Source: a virus
Lineage: Duplodnaviria; Caudoviricetes
Length of the DNA stretch: 27,682 nt
Virus record (IMG/VR): IMGVR_UViG_3300017909_001762
Coordinates: 1-27,682 of that record
Direction: 5' to 3' (one strand)
Shown here piece by piece: positions 7,761 through 16,057 of the stretch (its first letter is position 1; each line of letters starts with the position of its first letter). Under the pieces are notes generated by a model. That model did not search any database, was not told the origin of the DNA, and worked only from the letters and a program-made list of their open reading frames with translations. A program made the position numbers and the translations under genes.

Positions 7761-8620
7761 AAAAGAAAATAGATACTCTAATTGAAGACATCTATGATTT
7801 GCTTGAACAGGGTACAAACCTAAATTCAATCAAGAACAGAGACGCTATCCAAAACTTTGGTCGTGTCGTATCTGCTGCCACTAAATCTGCTTTGTCAGAA
7901 GGCAAGAGAGAGCGGTCTAAAAATCTACGAATGTCACAAATCGGTAAGCCGAATCGTCAACTGTGGTACGATATGCGTTCCACAAATGAGACACAAGAAA
8001 CGCTTAGCGGACCAACCCGTTTGAAGTTTCTGTATGGAGAAATCCTTGAGGCTCTTCTTGTACTGCTAACAGAAATATCAGGACATGAAGTTACTGAACA
8101 ACAAAAGACCGTAGAAGTGGAGGGCATCAAGGGACATAAAGACTGTCGTATTGATGGTACGCTTGTAGATATCAAGTCTGCTTCTTCCTACGCCTTCAAA
8201 AAGTTTAAAGAAGGTACACTAGCACTCAACGATCCCTTTGGATACATTGCCCAGATATCTGGGTATGCAGAGGCAGAGGGTGACAAGACGGCTGCGTTTT
8301 TTGCCGTAGACAAATCGTCTGGTGAGCTTGCTCTGATGACTGTTGATCAGATGAACATGATCAATGCATCTGATCGTATCAACTATCTCAAGGGTGTTCT
8401 TAAACAGGCTACTCCACCAGAGCGTTGCTACGAGGCAGAGCCTGACGGAAAGTCTGGCAATATGAAACTGGCTGTTGGATGCATCTACTGCCCACACAAA
8501 TTCGAGTGCTGGAAAGACGCAAACGGTGGTCACGGTCTGCGTCAGTTCCAATACTCAACAGGTGTCAGATATTTGACACAGGTTGTCAATCCTCCGGCAG
8601 TGGAAGAACTCCATGCCTAA
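7757..8620 (+). CDS. PD-(D/E)XK exonuclease, Cas4/RecB-like
   Basis: LRMSQIGKP.RQLWY, GHKDCRIDGTLVDIKS, YIAQISGY, C-terminal CIYC...C; start at ATG 7757 (ATGA overlap). Confidence 0.85.
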   Translation: MKKKIDTLIEDIYDLLEQGTNLNSIKNRDAIQNFGRVVSAATKSALSEGKRERSKNLRMSQIGKPNRQLWYDMRSTNETQETLSGPTRLKFLYGEILEALLVLLTEISGHEVTEQQKTVEVEGIKGHKDCRIDGTLVDIKSASSYAFKKFKEGTLALNDPFGYIAQISGYAEAEGDKTAAFFAVDKSSGELALMTVDQMNMINASDRINYLKGVLKQATPPERCYEAEPDGKSGNMKLAVGCIYCPHKFECWKDANGGHGLRQFQYSTGVRYLTQVVNPPAVEELHA

Positions 8621-9044
8621 GAAACGCAAACCAAAGGATCATCAGTATCGATCTAACTCTGAGTTTAACACGGCGCAGGTTTTAATCAAACACAAGATAG
8701 ATTTTGTGTATGAACCTGACGCCATCCCTTTTACATGGGTAGAAGATAAGCGATATATCCCTGACTTTGTATTACCAAATGGAATCATACTGGAAGTCAA
8801 GGGGCGGTTCATGTTAGAGGACAGGAAGAAGCACCTGTTCATTCGAGATCAGTATGGTAACAAGCACGACATTAGATTTGTGTTTGATAATCCAAACAGA
8901 AAATTATACAAAGGAGGTAAGATGACATACGCCGACTGGTGTGAGAAATACGGATTCCTTTATTGTAAACAAGGGGAGGGTATCCCAGAAGAATGGTTCA
9001 ATGAAAAAAGAAGAAATATTTCTCGTAGAAGAAGGGCTGGATGA
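8613..9044 (+). CDS. Endonuclease I / Holliday junction resolvase (T7 gp3-like)
   Basis: YRSNSE, YIPDFVLPNGIILEVKGRF, DRKKHL, DIRFVF, TYADWCEKYGF. Confidence 0.92.
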   Translation: MPKKRKPKDHQYRSNSEFNTAQVLIKHKIDFVYEPDAIPFTWVEDKRYIPDFVLPNGIILEVKGRFMLEDRKKHLFIRDQYGNKHDIRFVFDNPNRKLYKGGKMTYADWCEKYGFLYCKQGEGIPEEWFNEKRRNISRRRRAG

Positions 9045-9330
9045 AATCTCCACACCGGAGAAGACACTGTTCCTATGTGTTCTTCTCCAAGCTCTTCTTG
9101 ATGCAACAAAACCCGTCACTTCAGTGGAGCCAACAACGGCTGTTCTGCATCGTGACAGGGCCATAGCTTGGTTCTTTTCTTCTGTCGGCGTAACTGCCGA
9201 TGATTTTGTACAGGTGTGTGATTACGCAGGGGTTGATCCACATTACATGAGAGACTTTGCATTCAAGGTTCTCAGGTCTGGAGAAATTGAATATGTAAGA
9301 AAAAGAATTAATGCAGTTTTAGGTCATTAA
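9001..9330 (+). CDS. Hypothetical phage protein (109 aa)
   Basis: ATG 9001; helical EKTLFLCVLLQALLDA...AIAWF...DFVQVCDYAGVDP; ends just before the nrdJ promoter. Confidence 0.7.
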   Translation: MKKEEIFLVEEGLDEISTPEKTLFLCVLLQALLDATKPVTSVEPTTAVLHRDRAIAWFFSSVGVTADDFVQVCDYAGVDPHYMRDFAFKVLRSGEIEYVRKRINAVLGH

Positions 9331-9334
9331 TGTG

Positions 9335-9363
9335 TTGCTTCTTTGAATAAGCCGTGATAGAAT
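9335..9363 (+). promoter_or_regulatory. Sigma70-type promoter upstream of nrdJ
   Basis: TTGCTT (9335-9340), 17 nt, TAGAAT (9358-9363), extended -10 TG at 9355-9356. Confidence 0.65.
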
Positions 9364-9397
9364 TGCACCTTTAACACTTGAGAAAGGAAACTCGTCA

Positions 9398-11377
9398 ATG
9401 AATAATTATCTTCCCTCAGACTATCAAAATTTCATTGCTCTCTCTCGCTATGCAAGGTGGCGTGACGAAGACCAGCGTCGTGAAACTTGGACAGAAACTG
9501 TTGAGCGTTATTTTGATTACATGGAGAATCACCTTGCCAAGAATCATAACTATGCTATGCCGGAAGACTTACGTGCAGAGCTTGAAGAAGCCGTACTGAA
9601 TCAGGATATTATGCCAAGTATGAGAGCACTCATGACGGCTGGTCCTGCTTTGGATCGCTGTCATGTTGGTGGATACAACTGTTCGTATCTTCCTGTTGAT
9701 AACCCTCGTGCGTTTGACGAGTGTATGTATATTCTTATGTGTGGTACAGGCGTGGGCTTTTCCGTAGAACGTGACTGCGTAGATCAGCTTCCTGTGATTA
9801 ATGAAGAATTCCATGAGACAGATACTGTCATCAAGGTAGGCGACTCTCGTCCCGGCTGGGCTAAGTCCTTGAAAGAACTTATCTTTATGCTCTACTCAGG
9901 ACAGATTCCCAAGTGGGATGTCAGTGAGGTAAGACCCGCAGGAGCAAGGCTCAAGACCTTTGGTGGTCGTGCCTCTGGTCCCCAACCTCTGGTAGAGCTT
10001 TTCAAGTTCTGCATTGAGAAGTTCAAGGGTGCTGCGGGACGCAGACTCTACCCCATCGAATGTCACGACATCATGTGTAAGATTGGTGAAGTCGTTGTTG
10101 TAGGCGGTGTACGTCGCAGCGCACTGATCAGTCTGTCTAATCTGAACGATGATCTGATGGCTAAGGCAAAGTCAGGACAGTGGTGGCTCAATGAAGGCCA
10201 ACGTGCTCTGGCTAACAACTCCGTTGCTTACAGGTTCAAGCCAGAGATTGGTACGTTCATGCGTGAGTGGGTATCCCTGTACGACAGCAAGTCGGGTGAG
10301 CGTGGCATTTTCAACCGTGAGTCTGCAATCAAACAGGCACAGAAGAATGGTCGTCGTGACACTCTGACAGGTATGAAGCACCATCTGACTAAGGAGCCTC
10401 TGCACTATGACTACGGATGCAATCCATGCAGCGAAATCATTCTCCGTCCATATCAGTTCTGTAATCTTTCAGAGGTGGTTGTACGCTCCTCAGACACGCA
10501 ACAGACACTGACAGACAAGGTACGGCTGGCAACCATACTAGGAACTTTCCAAGCCACCCTGACGAACTTTAAATACCTTCGTAAGGTGTGGAAGAAGAAT
10601 ACAGAAGAGGAGCGGTTGCTTGGCGTATCACTAACAGGTATCATGGACAATGATATGATGTCAGGTAAGTCAGCACACCTTGGTATGAACATTGGCGCTA
10701 CTCTGAATGCACTCAAAGAACAGGCAATTGTTACAAACAAGGTAATGTCTGAGCGTCTTGGCATCAGGCAGTCAGCAGCAATTACCTGCGTGAAGCCGTC
10801 CGGTACAGTGTCGCAGCTTGTAAATAGTGCTTCTGGAATTCATGCTCGTCACAATCCGTATTACATCCGCACTGTTCGTGGTGATAATAAAGACCCTATA
10901 ACACAATTCCTGATCTCTGAGGGTATCCCCAACGAGCCTGATGTATCAAAGCCTGACAGTACTACTGTGTTTAGCTTTCCAATGAAATCTCCGCATAGTG
11001 CAGTCACACGTTTTGACATGTCTGCTATTGAACAACTTGAACTCTGGCTTTTATATCAGCGGAACTGGTGTGAACACAAACCCTCTGTCACCATATCTGT
11101 GAAAGAACATGAATGGATGGAGGTTGGAGCATGGGTATACGAAAACTTTGACGAGGTGTCGGGAATTAGCTTCCTTCCTTTCGACGATCATGTGTATGCA
11201 CAAGCGCCATATCAGGACTGTACGGCTGAAGAGTATGGAGAGATGTTAAAGCAGATGCCAAAAAAAGTAAACTGGGCGCTTCTTTCTGAATACGAAAAAG
11301 AAGATACCACCTCTGGTGGTCGTGAGTTAGCTTGTACGGCTGGTGTTTGTGAAGTAGTTGATCTTGATGCAGCATGA
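9398..11377 (+). CDS. nrdJ: Class II (adenosylcobalamin-dependent) ribonucleotide reductase, monomeric RTPR-like
   Basis: PSMRAL, YNCS, GTGVGFS, GGVRRSA, NPCSEI (thiyl Cys), CNLSEV, TCVKPSGTVS, C-terminal CTAGVC; no beta subunit adjacent. Confidence 0.93.
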   Translation: MNNYLPSDYQNFIALSRYARWRDEDQRRETWTETVERYFDYMENHLAKNHNYAMPEDLRAELEEAVLNQDIMPSMRALMTAGPALDRCHVGGYNCSYLPVDNPRAFDECMYILMCGTGVGFSVERDCVDQLPVINEEFHETDTVIKVGDSRPGWAKSLKELIFMLYSGQIPKWDVSEVRPAGARLKTFGGRASGPQPLVELFKFCIEKFKGAAGRRLYPIECHDIMCKIGEVVVVGGVRRSALISLSNLNDDLMAKAKSGQWWLNEGQRALANNSVAYRFKPEIGTFMREWVSLYDSKSGERGIFNRESAIKQAQKNGRRDTLTGMKHHLTKEPLHYDYGCNPCSEIILRPYQFCNLSEVVVRSSDTQQTLTDKVRLATILGTFQATLTNFKYLRKVWKKNTEEERLLGVSLTGIMDNDMMSGKSAHLGMNIGATLNALKEQAIVTNKVMSERLGIRQSAAITCVKPSGTVSQLVNSASGIHARHNPYYIRTVRGDNKDPITQFLISEGIPNEPDVSKPDSTTVFSFPMKSPHSAVTRFDMSAIEQLELWLLYQRNWCEHKPSVTISVKEHEWMEVGAWVYENFDEVSGISFLPFDDHVYAQAPYQDCTAEEYGEMLKQMPKKVNWALLSEYEKEDTTSGGRELACTAGVCEVVDLDAA

Positions 11378-11499
11378 TCGAAGGACTAGACATGCCTAAT
11401 TGGTGGCAGTGGTGGCTCTTGTTTGCCATCACTGTTAACACCGCAATCAATGTAGTGGTATTCTTCAAGCACAGGTTTAAAAGTGACAGAAAAAAATAG
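11374..11499 (+). CDS. Small single-pass membrane protein (41 aa, or 35 aa from ATG 11392; not in track)
   Basis: ATGA overlap with nrdJ; MPNWWQWWLLFAITVNTAINVVVFF followed by basic KHRFKSDRKK. Confidence 0.65.
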   Translation: MIEGLDMPNWWQWWLLFAITVNTAINVVVFFKHRFKSDRKK

Positions 11500-11620
11500 C
11501 AAAGAACAACCTTGGAAGAAGGGAGAGGGATGGGTTCAATGGAACCCTCCCCGCCACCACCCATGCTACGAAGAATGGATAAAGAAAAAAGAGCTTGACA
11601 ATAAGTCAAAAGGAGTATAG
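11483..11620 (+). CDS. Small Trp/Pro-rich hypothetical protein (45 aa; not in track)
   Basis: GTG 11483; MTEKNSKEQPWKKGEGWVQWNPPRHHPCYEEWIKKKELDNKSKGV*; fills the gap; weak SD. Confidence 0.45.
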   Translation: MTEKNSKEQPWKKGEGWVQWNPPRHHPCYEEWIKKKELDNKSKGV

Positions 11621-11623
11621 AAT
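11595..11623 (+). promoter_or_regulatory. Sigma70-like promoter motif with inverted repeat, overlapping the RBS of the GT gene
   Basis: TTGACA (11595-11600), 17 nt, TAGAAT (11618-11623); TTGAC-N5-GTCAA palindrome 11595-11609. Confidence 0.5.
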
Positions 11624-12400
11624 ATGTTCACAGCAAAGAAACCAGTGATCTACATTGGCTTTGACGAGAGGGAAAAAAATGCGTTTGAAGTCTTACGTCA
11701 TTCAATTCTTAGATTCAATAAAGAATACGATATCATTCCTTTGTTTCAACATTCCCTACGCAGAGCCGGTCTTTATCGCAGGGCTGCTAGGCTTGATTCT
11801 GTTGATGGCAAACGGGTTATGGTAGATGAGACGGATGGTCGCCCATTCAGCACTCAGTTTACCTTTACAAGATTTCTTGTACCTGCCTTGAATCAGTATG
11901 ATGGCTGGGCCTTGTTCATGGATTCGGACATGCTTGTTCGCTCTGATATTCGTGAACTGTTCGATGAATATACAAAGAATGAACATTATGCTGTACAGTG
12001 CGTCAAGCACAACTACAATCCGTCCAAGTCTGTTAAGATGGATGGACAGATACAACAGAAATACAATCGTAAGAACTGGTCCAGCTTCATGCTGTGGAAC
12101 TGTTCTCACGCAGCCAATCTTCGTCTCACTGTAGACGACGCTAACGTAAAAACAGGATCGTGGCTGCACGGCCTGTCGTGGTTGGAAGACGAAGAGATTG
12201 GTCACATTTCGGAAGAGTGGAACTGGTTGGATGATTGGTCTCCAGAACACATCGATCCGAAGAACGTACACTTTACAACTGGTGGCCCGTGGTTTACAGA
12301 ATGGGAACCAAAGAGACAGTCTGATATCAACTATGCAGGGGAATGGCAGTCTCTTAACAGTAAAATTATGACAGATAAAATGTTAGGAGAAATTATTTAA
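11624..12400 (+). CDS. GT-A fold glycosyltransferase (GT8-like / plant CDI-like)
   Basis: IYIGFDERE, STQFTFTRFLVP, DxD in FMDSDML, RKNWSSFMLWNC, WNWL, VHFTTGGPWF; AAGGAG SD. Confidence 0.85.
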   Translation: MFTAKKPVIYIGFDEREKNAFEVLRHSILRFNKEYDIIPLFQHSLRRAGLYRRAARLDSVDGKRVMVDETDGRPFSTQFTFTRFLVPALNQYDGWALFMDSDMLVRSDIRELFDEYTKNEHYAVQCVKHNYNPSKSVKMDGQIQQKYNRKNWSSFMLWNCSHAANLRLTVDDANVKTGSWLHGLSWLEDEEIGHISEEWNWLDDWSPEHIDPKNVHFTTGGPWFTEWEPKRQSDINYAGEWQSLNSKIMTDKMLGEII

Positions 12401-14712
12401 TGTACACCTTTGTAACTTCTTTTAGTGAGAAGGGCTATCATGAATACGCTAGAAACATGCTGGAAAGCGTTGTTGACAAATGGAACCCATCGTACTTTCA
12501 ACTCGTGGCTTTCTATCACGACTTCGATATTGAAAGCGTTGACCCTCCTCGCAGTCCTTGTATTACTTATCGTAATCTAAATGACGTAGAAGAAATGTTA
12601 GATTATCGTGAGCGAATGAAGCTACACGACGGAACAGAGGGCGGCAAGATGGCTTATAACTGGCGTCTTGATGCAATCAAATGGTGTCATAAAGTTTTTG
12701 CTATGACTGAGCTTGGTTTTGAGATGATGGATCAAGAAGAAAAACTTCTTCTTGGTGGCGGTGTCCCAGAGCTTGACAATTGGATGATCTGGCTTGATGC
12801 AGATACAGTAACAACCAAACGACTTGATGTGAAAGAGGTGGAAAAGTGGTTGCCTGATAAGGCTGATCTTGTACACCTTGGCCGAAAGGATGTAGATTAC
12901 AGTGAAACAAGTTTCATGGGGTTTAATCTTTCTTGTCATAACACTTGCAGTATCCTTGCCGATCTGCGTGGTTGCTATACAATTGGTGAAACCGTTGCCT
13001 ACAGAGAGTGGCACGACGGATTTATTTTCGAGCGACTCCTCAACATATACAAAGCCCACGGAATGGTCGTACACAACCTTTCCGAAAATGCAAAAGGATT
13101 GTCAGCTTTTGCTCAATCCCCACTGTCTGAATACTTCGACCACTTTAAGGGAAACCTTAAAAAGAAAATCTCAGGAGTAGCTCCAGATGTCACGGGGCCA
13201 AAGCGTTACAAACAACTCGCAGATATTATCCGGCACTACAAGCCGGAAAAAATTGTCGAGACAGGAACGTGGAATGGTGGCCGTGCTATTGAGATGGCAC
13301 TCGCAGCATTTGAACACACAGACAAAGTTCACTATACTGGCTTTGATTTGTTTGAAGATGCAACAGAAGAATCAGACGAATATGAAATGAATACCAAACC
13401 ACATAATATGCTTGAGGCTATAGATCAACGCCTTATGGAATTTGCAGATAAGATGCAAGAAAGAGGCAAAGATTTTACTTTTAATCTGTACAAAGGAGAC
13501 ACAAAGAAAACGCTTCCAGCTTGTAAAGAAGCACAGGAAGCAGACTTTGCTTATATAGATGGTGGACATTCCTACGAAACAGTAAAATCTGATTATCAAA
13601 ATCTAAAAAATATTCCGGTCCTAGTGTTCGATGACTTCTTTAGCAAGGACAAAGAAGGTAACCTACCGGATGAAAAAAACATGGGTGTTAATAAACTGAT
13701 TAAAGAAATGGAGGCATATGGTAAAGTTGTTCTGCCTTCTCAAGATCGTGTTCTTGGTGGAGGGATAACACACCTTGCATTCGTAGCCAACAAAAAAGGA
13801 CTTCCAAACTTACCAGATAGTCTTACTCGTGTGCCTATTGTTATTACACCAAAAGATGCACGAGACAGTAAAGAAATTGTAAACAATATCAAAACTAATC
13901 TTGAGTTAATCAGTGATTTTAATTGGCTAAAACATGCTAAGATACACAATGAAACTGCTTTGATTGTATCTGGAGGACACTCTGTTGACTACGATCTTTT
14001 GAAAAAACGTATTGATGAAACAGGAGGACAAGTGTTCTGTGTAAAGCACAGCTACCCAAAGCTGCTTGAACATGGTATTCAACCCTTCGCCTGTGTGGTA
14101 TTAGACCCTCGTCCTATAGAAGGAGTTAGTACACATGGTGTCAAACGGAAAGACTTGTTTAAAAAGATTGATCCTAAAACCTTTTTCTTAATTGCCTCTA
14201 TGACTGATCCGTCAGTTACAAAACATCTACAAAAGAAAAAGGCAAACATCAAGGGTTGGAATGCATACTCCGATGCCATCCGTGATCCTGATGTAAAAGA
14301 TAAAATTGTTGTTTCAAAAGAGTCGCATATTGAAGAGGGTTCGACACTTGTAACTGGCGGTACTTGTGCAGCCCTCCGAACTCTTTCTATTGCACACATC
14401 ATGGGCTTCCGTAACTTTGAACTATTCGGATTTGATTGTTCGATTGATGGAGAAGTTACAGAAGAAATGAAAAAAGAAACAATGGAAACAGGACAGAAAA
14501 AATATCTTCATGTTGAACTAAACGGTTATCGTTTCTGGACAACAGGAGAACTTCTTGCAATGGCACAAGACTGTGAAAAATTATTTGATAATATGGACAT
14601 TGACATGAACATTACATTTCATGGCAAAGGAACACTTGTATCAGAAGTGTGGAAAAACTCAAAGAGATATTCTCAAATGAGCTACATGGAGATGATGGGT
14701 GTCGCAGCTTAA
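12400..14712 (+). CDS. Three-domain fusion: GT-A-like glycosyltransferase + class I SAM methyltransferase + Maf/DUF115-like domain
   Basis: aa ~1-255: FVTSF, KWCHKVFA, WLDAD (DxD at 133-135), SETSF, WHDGF, HFKG; aa ~265-465: IVETGTWNG, GFDLF, YIDGGHSYETVKSD, FDD; aa ~480-770: ALIVSGGHS, GIQPFACVVLDP, GGTCAALRTLSIAHIMGFRNFELFGFDCS. Confidence 0.8.
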   Translation: MYTFVTSFSEKGYHEYARNMLESVVDKWNPSYFQLVAFYHDFDIESVDPPRSPCITYRNLNDVEEMLDYRERMKLHDGTEGGKMAYNWRLDAIKWCHKVFAMTELGFEMMDQEEKLLLGGGVPELDNWMIWLDADTVTTKRLDVKEVEKWLPDKADLVHLGRKDVDYSETSFMGFNLSCHNTCSILADLRGCYTIGETVAYREWHDGFIFERLLNIYKAHGMVVHNLSENAKGLSAFAQSPLSEYFDHFKGNLKKKISGVAPDVTGPKRYKQLADIIRHYKPEKIVETGTWNGGRAIEMALAAFEHTDKVHYTGFDLFEDATEESDEYEMNTKPHNMLEAIDQRLMEFADKMQERGKDFTFNLYKGDTKKTLPACKEAQEADFAYIDGGHSYETVKSDYQNLKNIPVLVFDDFFSKDKEGNLPDEKNMGVNKLIKEMEAYGKVVLPSQDRVLGGGITHLAFVANKKGLPNLPDSLTRVPIVITPKDARDSKEIVNNIKTNLELISDFNWLKHAKIHNETALIVSGGHSVDYDLLKKRIDETGGQVFCVKHSYPKLLEHGIQPFACVVLDPRPIEGVSTHGVKRKDLFKKIDPKTFFLIASMTDPSVTKHLQKKKANIKGWNAYSDAIRDPDVKDKIVVSKESHIEEGSTLVTGGTCAALRTLSIAHIMGFRNFELFGFDCSIDGEVTEEMKKETMETGQKKYLHVELNGYRFWTTGELLAMAQDCEKLFDNMDIDMNITFHGKGTLVSEVWKNSKRYSQMSYMEMMGVAA

Positions 14713-15178
14713 AGAGAAGCAAGAAAAGTTCTGCCAAAACTATATCCTGCATAACAATGCCACACGAGCGGCCAAGGATGCAGGATATAGTGAGGCATCA
14801 GCTTACAATCAAGGCTATCGATTACTACAAGAAACTTCAATACAAGAACGTATTGAAGAGCTACGTAACGAAATGTCAACTGACATTGACGTTATTACAG
14901 AAATTGAAAAGCAGTATGAGGTGGCACGTAACGGAGGCCACGGAACCACAGCACTGAAAGCTCTTGAGCTTCTGTCCCGTGTCCGTGGTAACAACTCTGA
15001 TAGTGAGGAGATGTCTGCAGACTCTCTAGAGCTAGAGATCATACAGGTTATGGAGGTGGTAGGATTCCACACCATGATCGCCTTAATGGAGCAAGCTTTC
15101 CCTGCTGAATTTGCTCCACTAGACGACAGCGACGAAGACCTTGACGAGTTTATCGAAGAGGACGACGACGAAGCTTAA
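14699..15178 (+). CDS. terS: Terminase small subunit
   Basis: LKEKQEKFCQNYILHNNATRAAKDAGYSEASAYNQGYRLL is a typical TerS HTH N-terminus; ALKALELL; acidic tail; GGAG SD before GTG. Confidence 0.85.
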   Translation: MSQLKEKQEKFCQNYILHNNATRAAKDAGYSEASAYNQGYRLLQETSIQERIEELRNEMSTDIDVITEIEKQYEVARNGGHGTTALKALELLSRVRGNNSDSEEMSADSLELEIIQVMEVVGFHTMIALMEQAFPAEFAPLDDSDEDLDEFIEEDDDEA

Positions 15179-15186
15179 ATTGTTTT

Positions 15187-15570
15187 TTATTTTTTTCCAA
15201 AGAACTTAGTAGCACTACGAACACCAAATGAGGCAGCAACGATAACCCCCAAAGAATATTGATACCACTGCGGCATCGTTTCAAGTTGTTGGAATCCATT
15301 TGCTACAACCCCTTCCATTCCCGGTATAAAAGCTAGTATCAGCGGCACAGAAAAAAGAATTACAAGCCACTCGTCTTTCCAAGACGACTGACTACCTTTA
15401 GCCATTTCCAAGTCCCAATCAAGTTCCCCCGTAGCCTTTTTCTCCATGATAGTTGCTTCAGCTTTTGCTCTAGCAACCTTGGCTCCGGTTTCTGCTTTTG
15501 TCTTTTCAACCTTTCCTTCCAGCCATGTACCAGCTAGATCAGCGATTGGTCCAATAAGTAGGTTAAGCAT
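15187..15570 (-). CDS. Putative holin (GTA 3TM-holin-like membrane protein)
   Basis: SWKDEWLVILFSVPLILAFIP and PQWYQYSLGVIVAASFGVR hydrophobic segments, basic C-terminus; directly follows the lysozyme. Confidence 0.65.
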   Translation of the reverse strand: MLNLLIGPIADLAGTWLEGKVEKTKAETGAKVARAKAEATIMEKKATGELDWDLEMAKGSQSSWKDEWLVILFSVPLILAFIPGMEGVVANGFQQLETMPQWYQYSLGVIVAASFGVRSATKFFGKK

Positions 15571-15571
15571 A

Positions 15572-16057
15572 TTAGAACTCTCCGTTGTGCATTGCGTTAG
15601 AAAGTTTTATAGCTCGTCCTTTTACCTGCCTAGCCCATCTGGAATCGAGCATTTCTTTGGCGGCTACGTCAAACTGTTTTTCATGTATCGCATTCCACAT
15701 CTTGACAAATTTTTTCAGACGAGGCACTCCCATATTAAAAGCCATGTCCATTAATACAAGCTGTCGTACAGCATCAAGTTCTTCAACACAGGGCTGGGCT
15801 TTACAAAGCTCTTCTTCAACAATCTCAATGTCGTTGTTGGCAAGATACTTGGCATCTCCCTCACATATTCCATCTGAGTATACGTATTCGATAGATGGGT
15901 AGTCCATATAGTCAAGTTCATCTTGTGTAATCCCACGATCTTCTAGGTTTCTACCAATTCCTATTGTGTCGATACCTAGCGAATCTTTGTATACATGAAG
16001 AACCATTCCTTCATGTTCAATCAGTTTGTTAATAAAATGCTCTCTATTGTATTTCAT
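15572..16057 (-). CDS. Endolysin, T4-lysozyme-like (GH24)
   Basis: HEG...YKDSLGIDTIGIG gives the E-x8-D-x5-T triad; MAFNMG; MLDSRWARQV. Confidence 0.92.
   Translation of the reverse strand: MKYNREHFINKLIEHEGMVLHVYKDSLGIDTIGIGRNLEDRGITQDELDYMDYPSIEYVYSDGICEGDAKYLANNDIEIVEEELCKAQPCVEELDAVRQLVLMDMAFNMGVPRLKKFVKMWNAIHEKQFDVAAKEMLDSRWARQVKGRAIKLSNAMHNGEF

Noticed and set aside
7757-8620. Cas4-like nuclease as evidence of a CRISPR system
   Set aside because: No repeat-spacer array or other cas genes; stand-alone Cas4-like exonucleases are common in phage replication modules
9398-11377. Intein or intron in RNR, PolA or helicase
   Set aside because: Proteins are of normal or short length, with contiguous motifs and no C...HN splice junctions or LAGLIDADG/HNH domains
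11521-11551. Hairpin as an intrinsic terminator after nrdJ
   Set aside because: No U-tract follows on the + strand, and it lies within a probable small ORF
11756-13074. Antisense ORFs (171 aa, 150 aa) over the glycosyltransferases
   Set aside because: Hydrophobic antisense translations with no start signals; the + strand genes have clear family motifs
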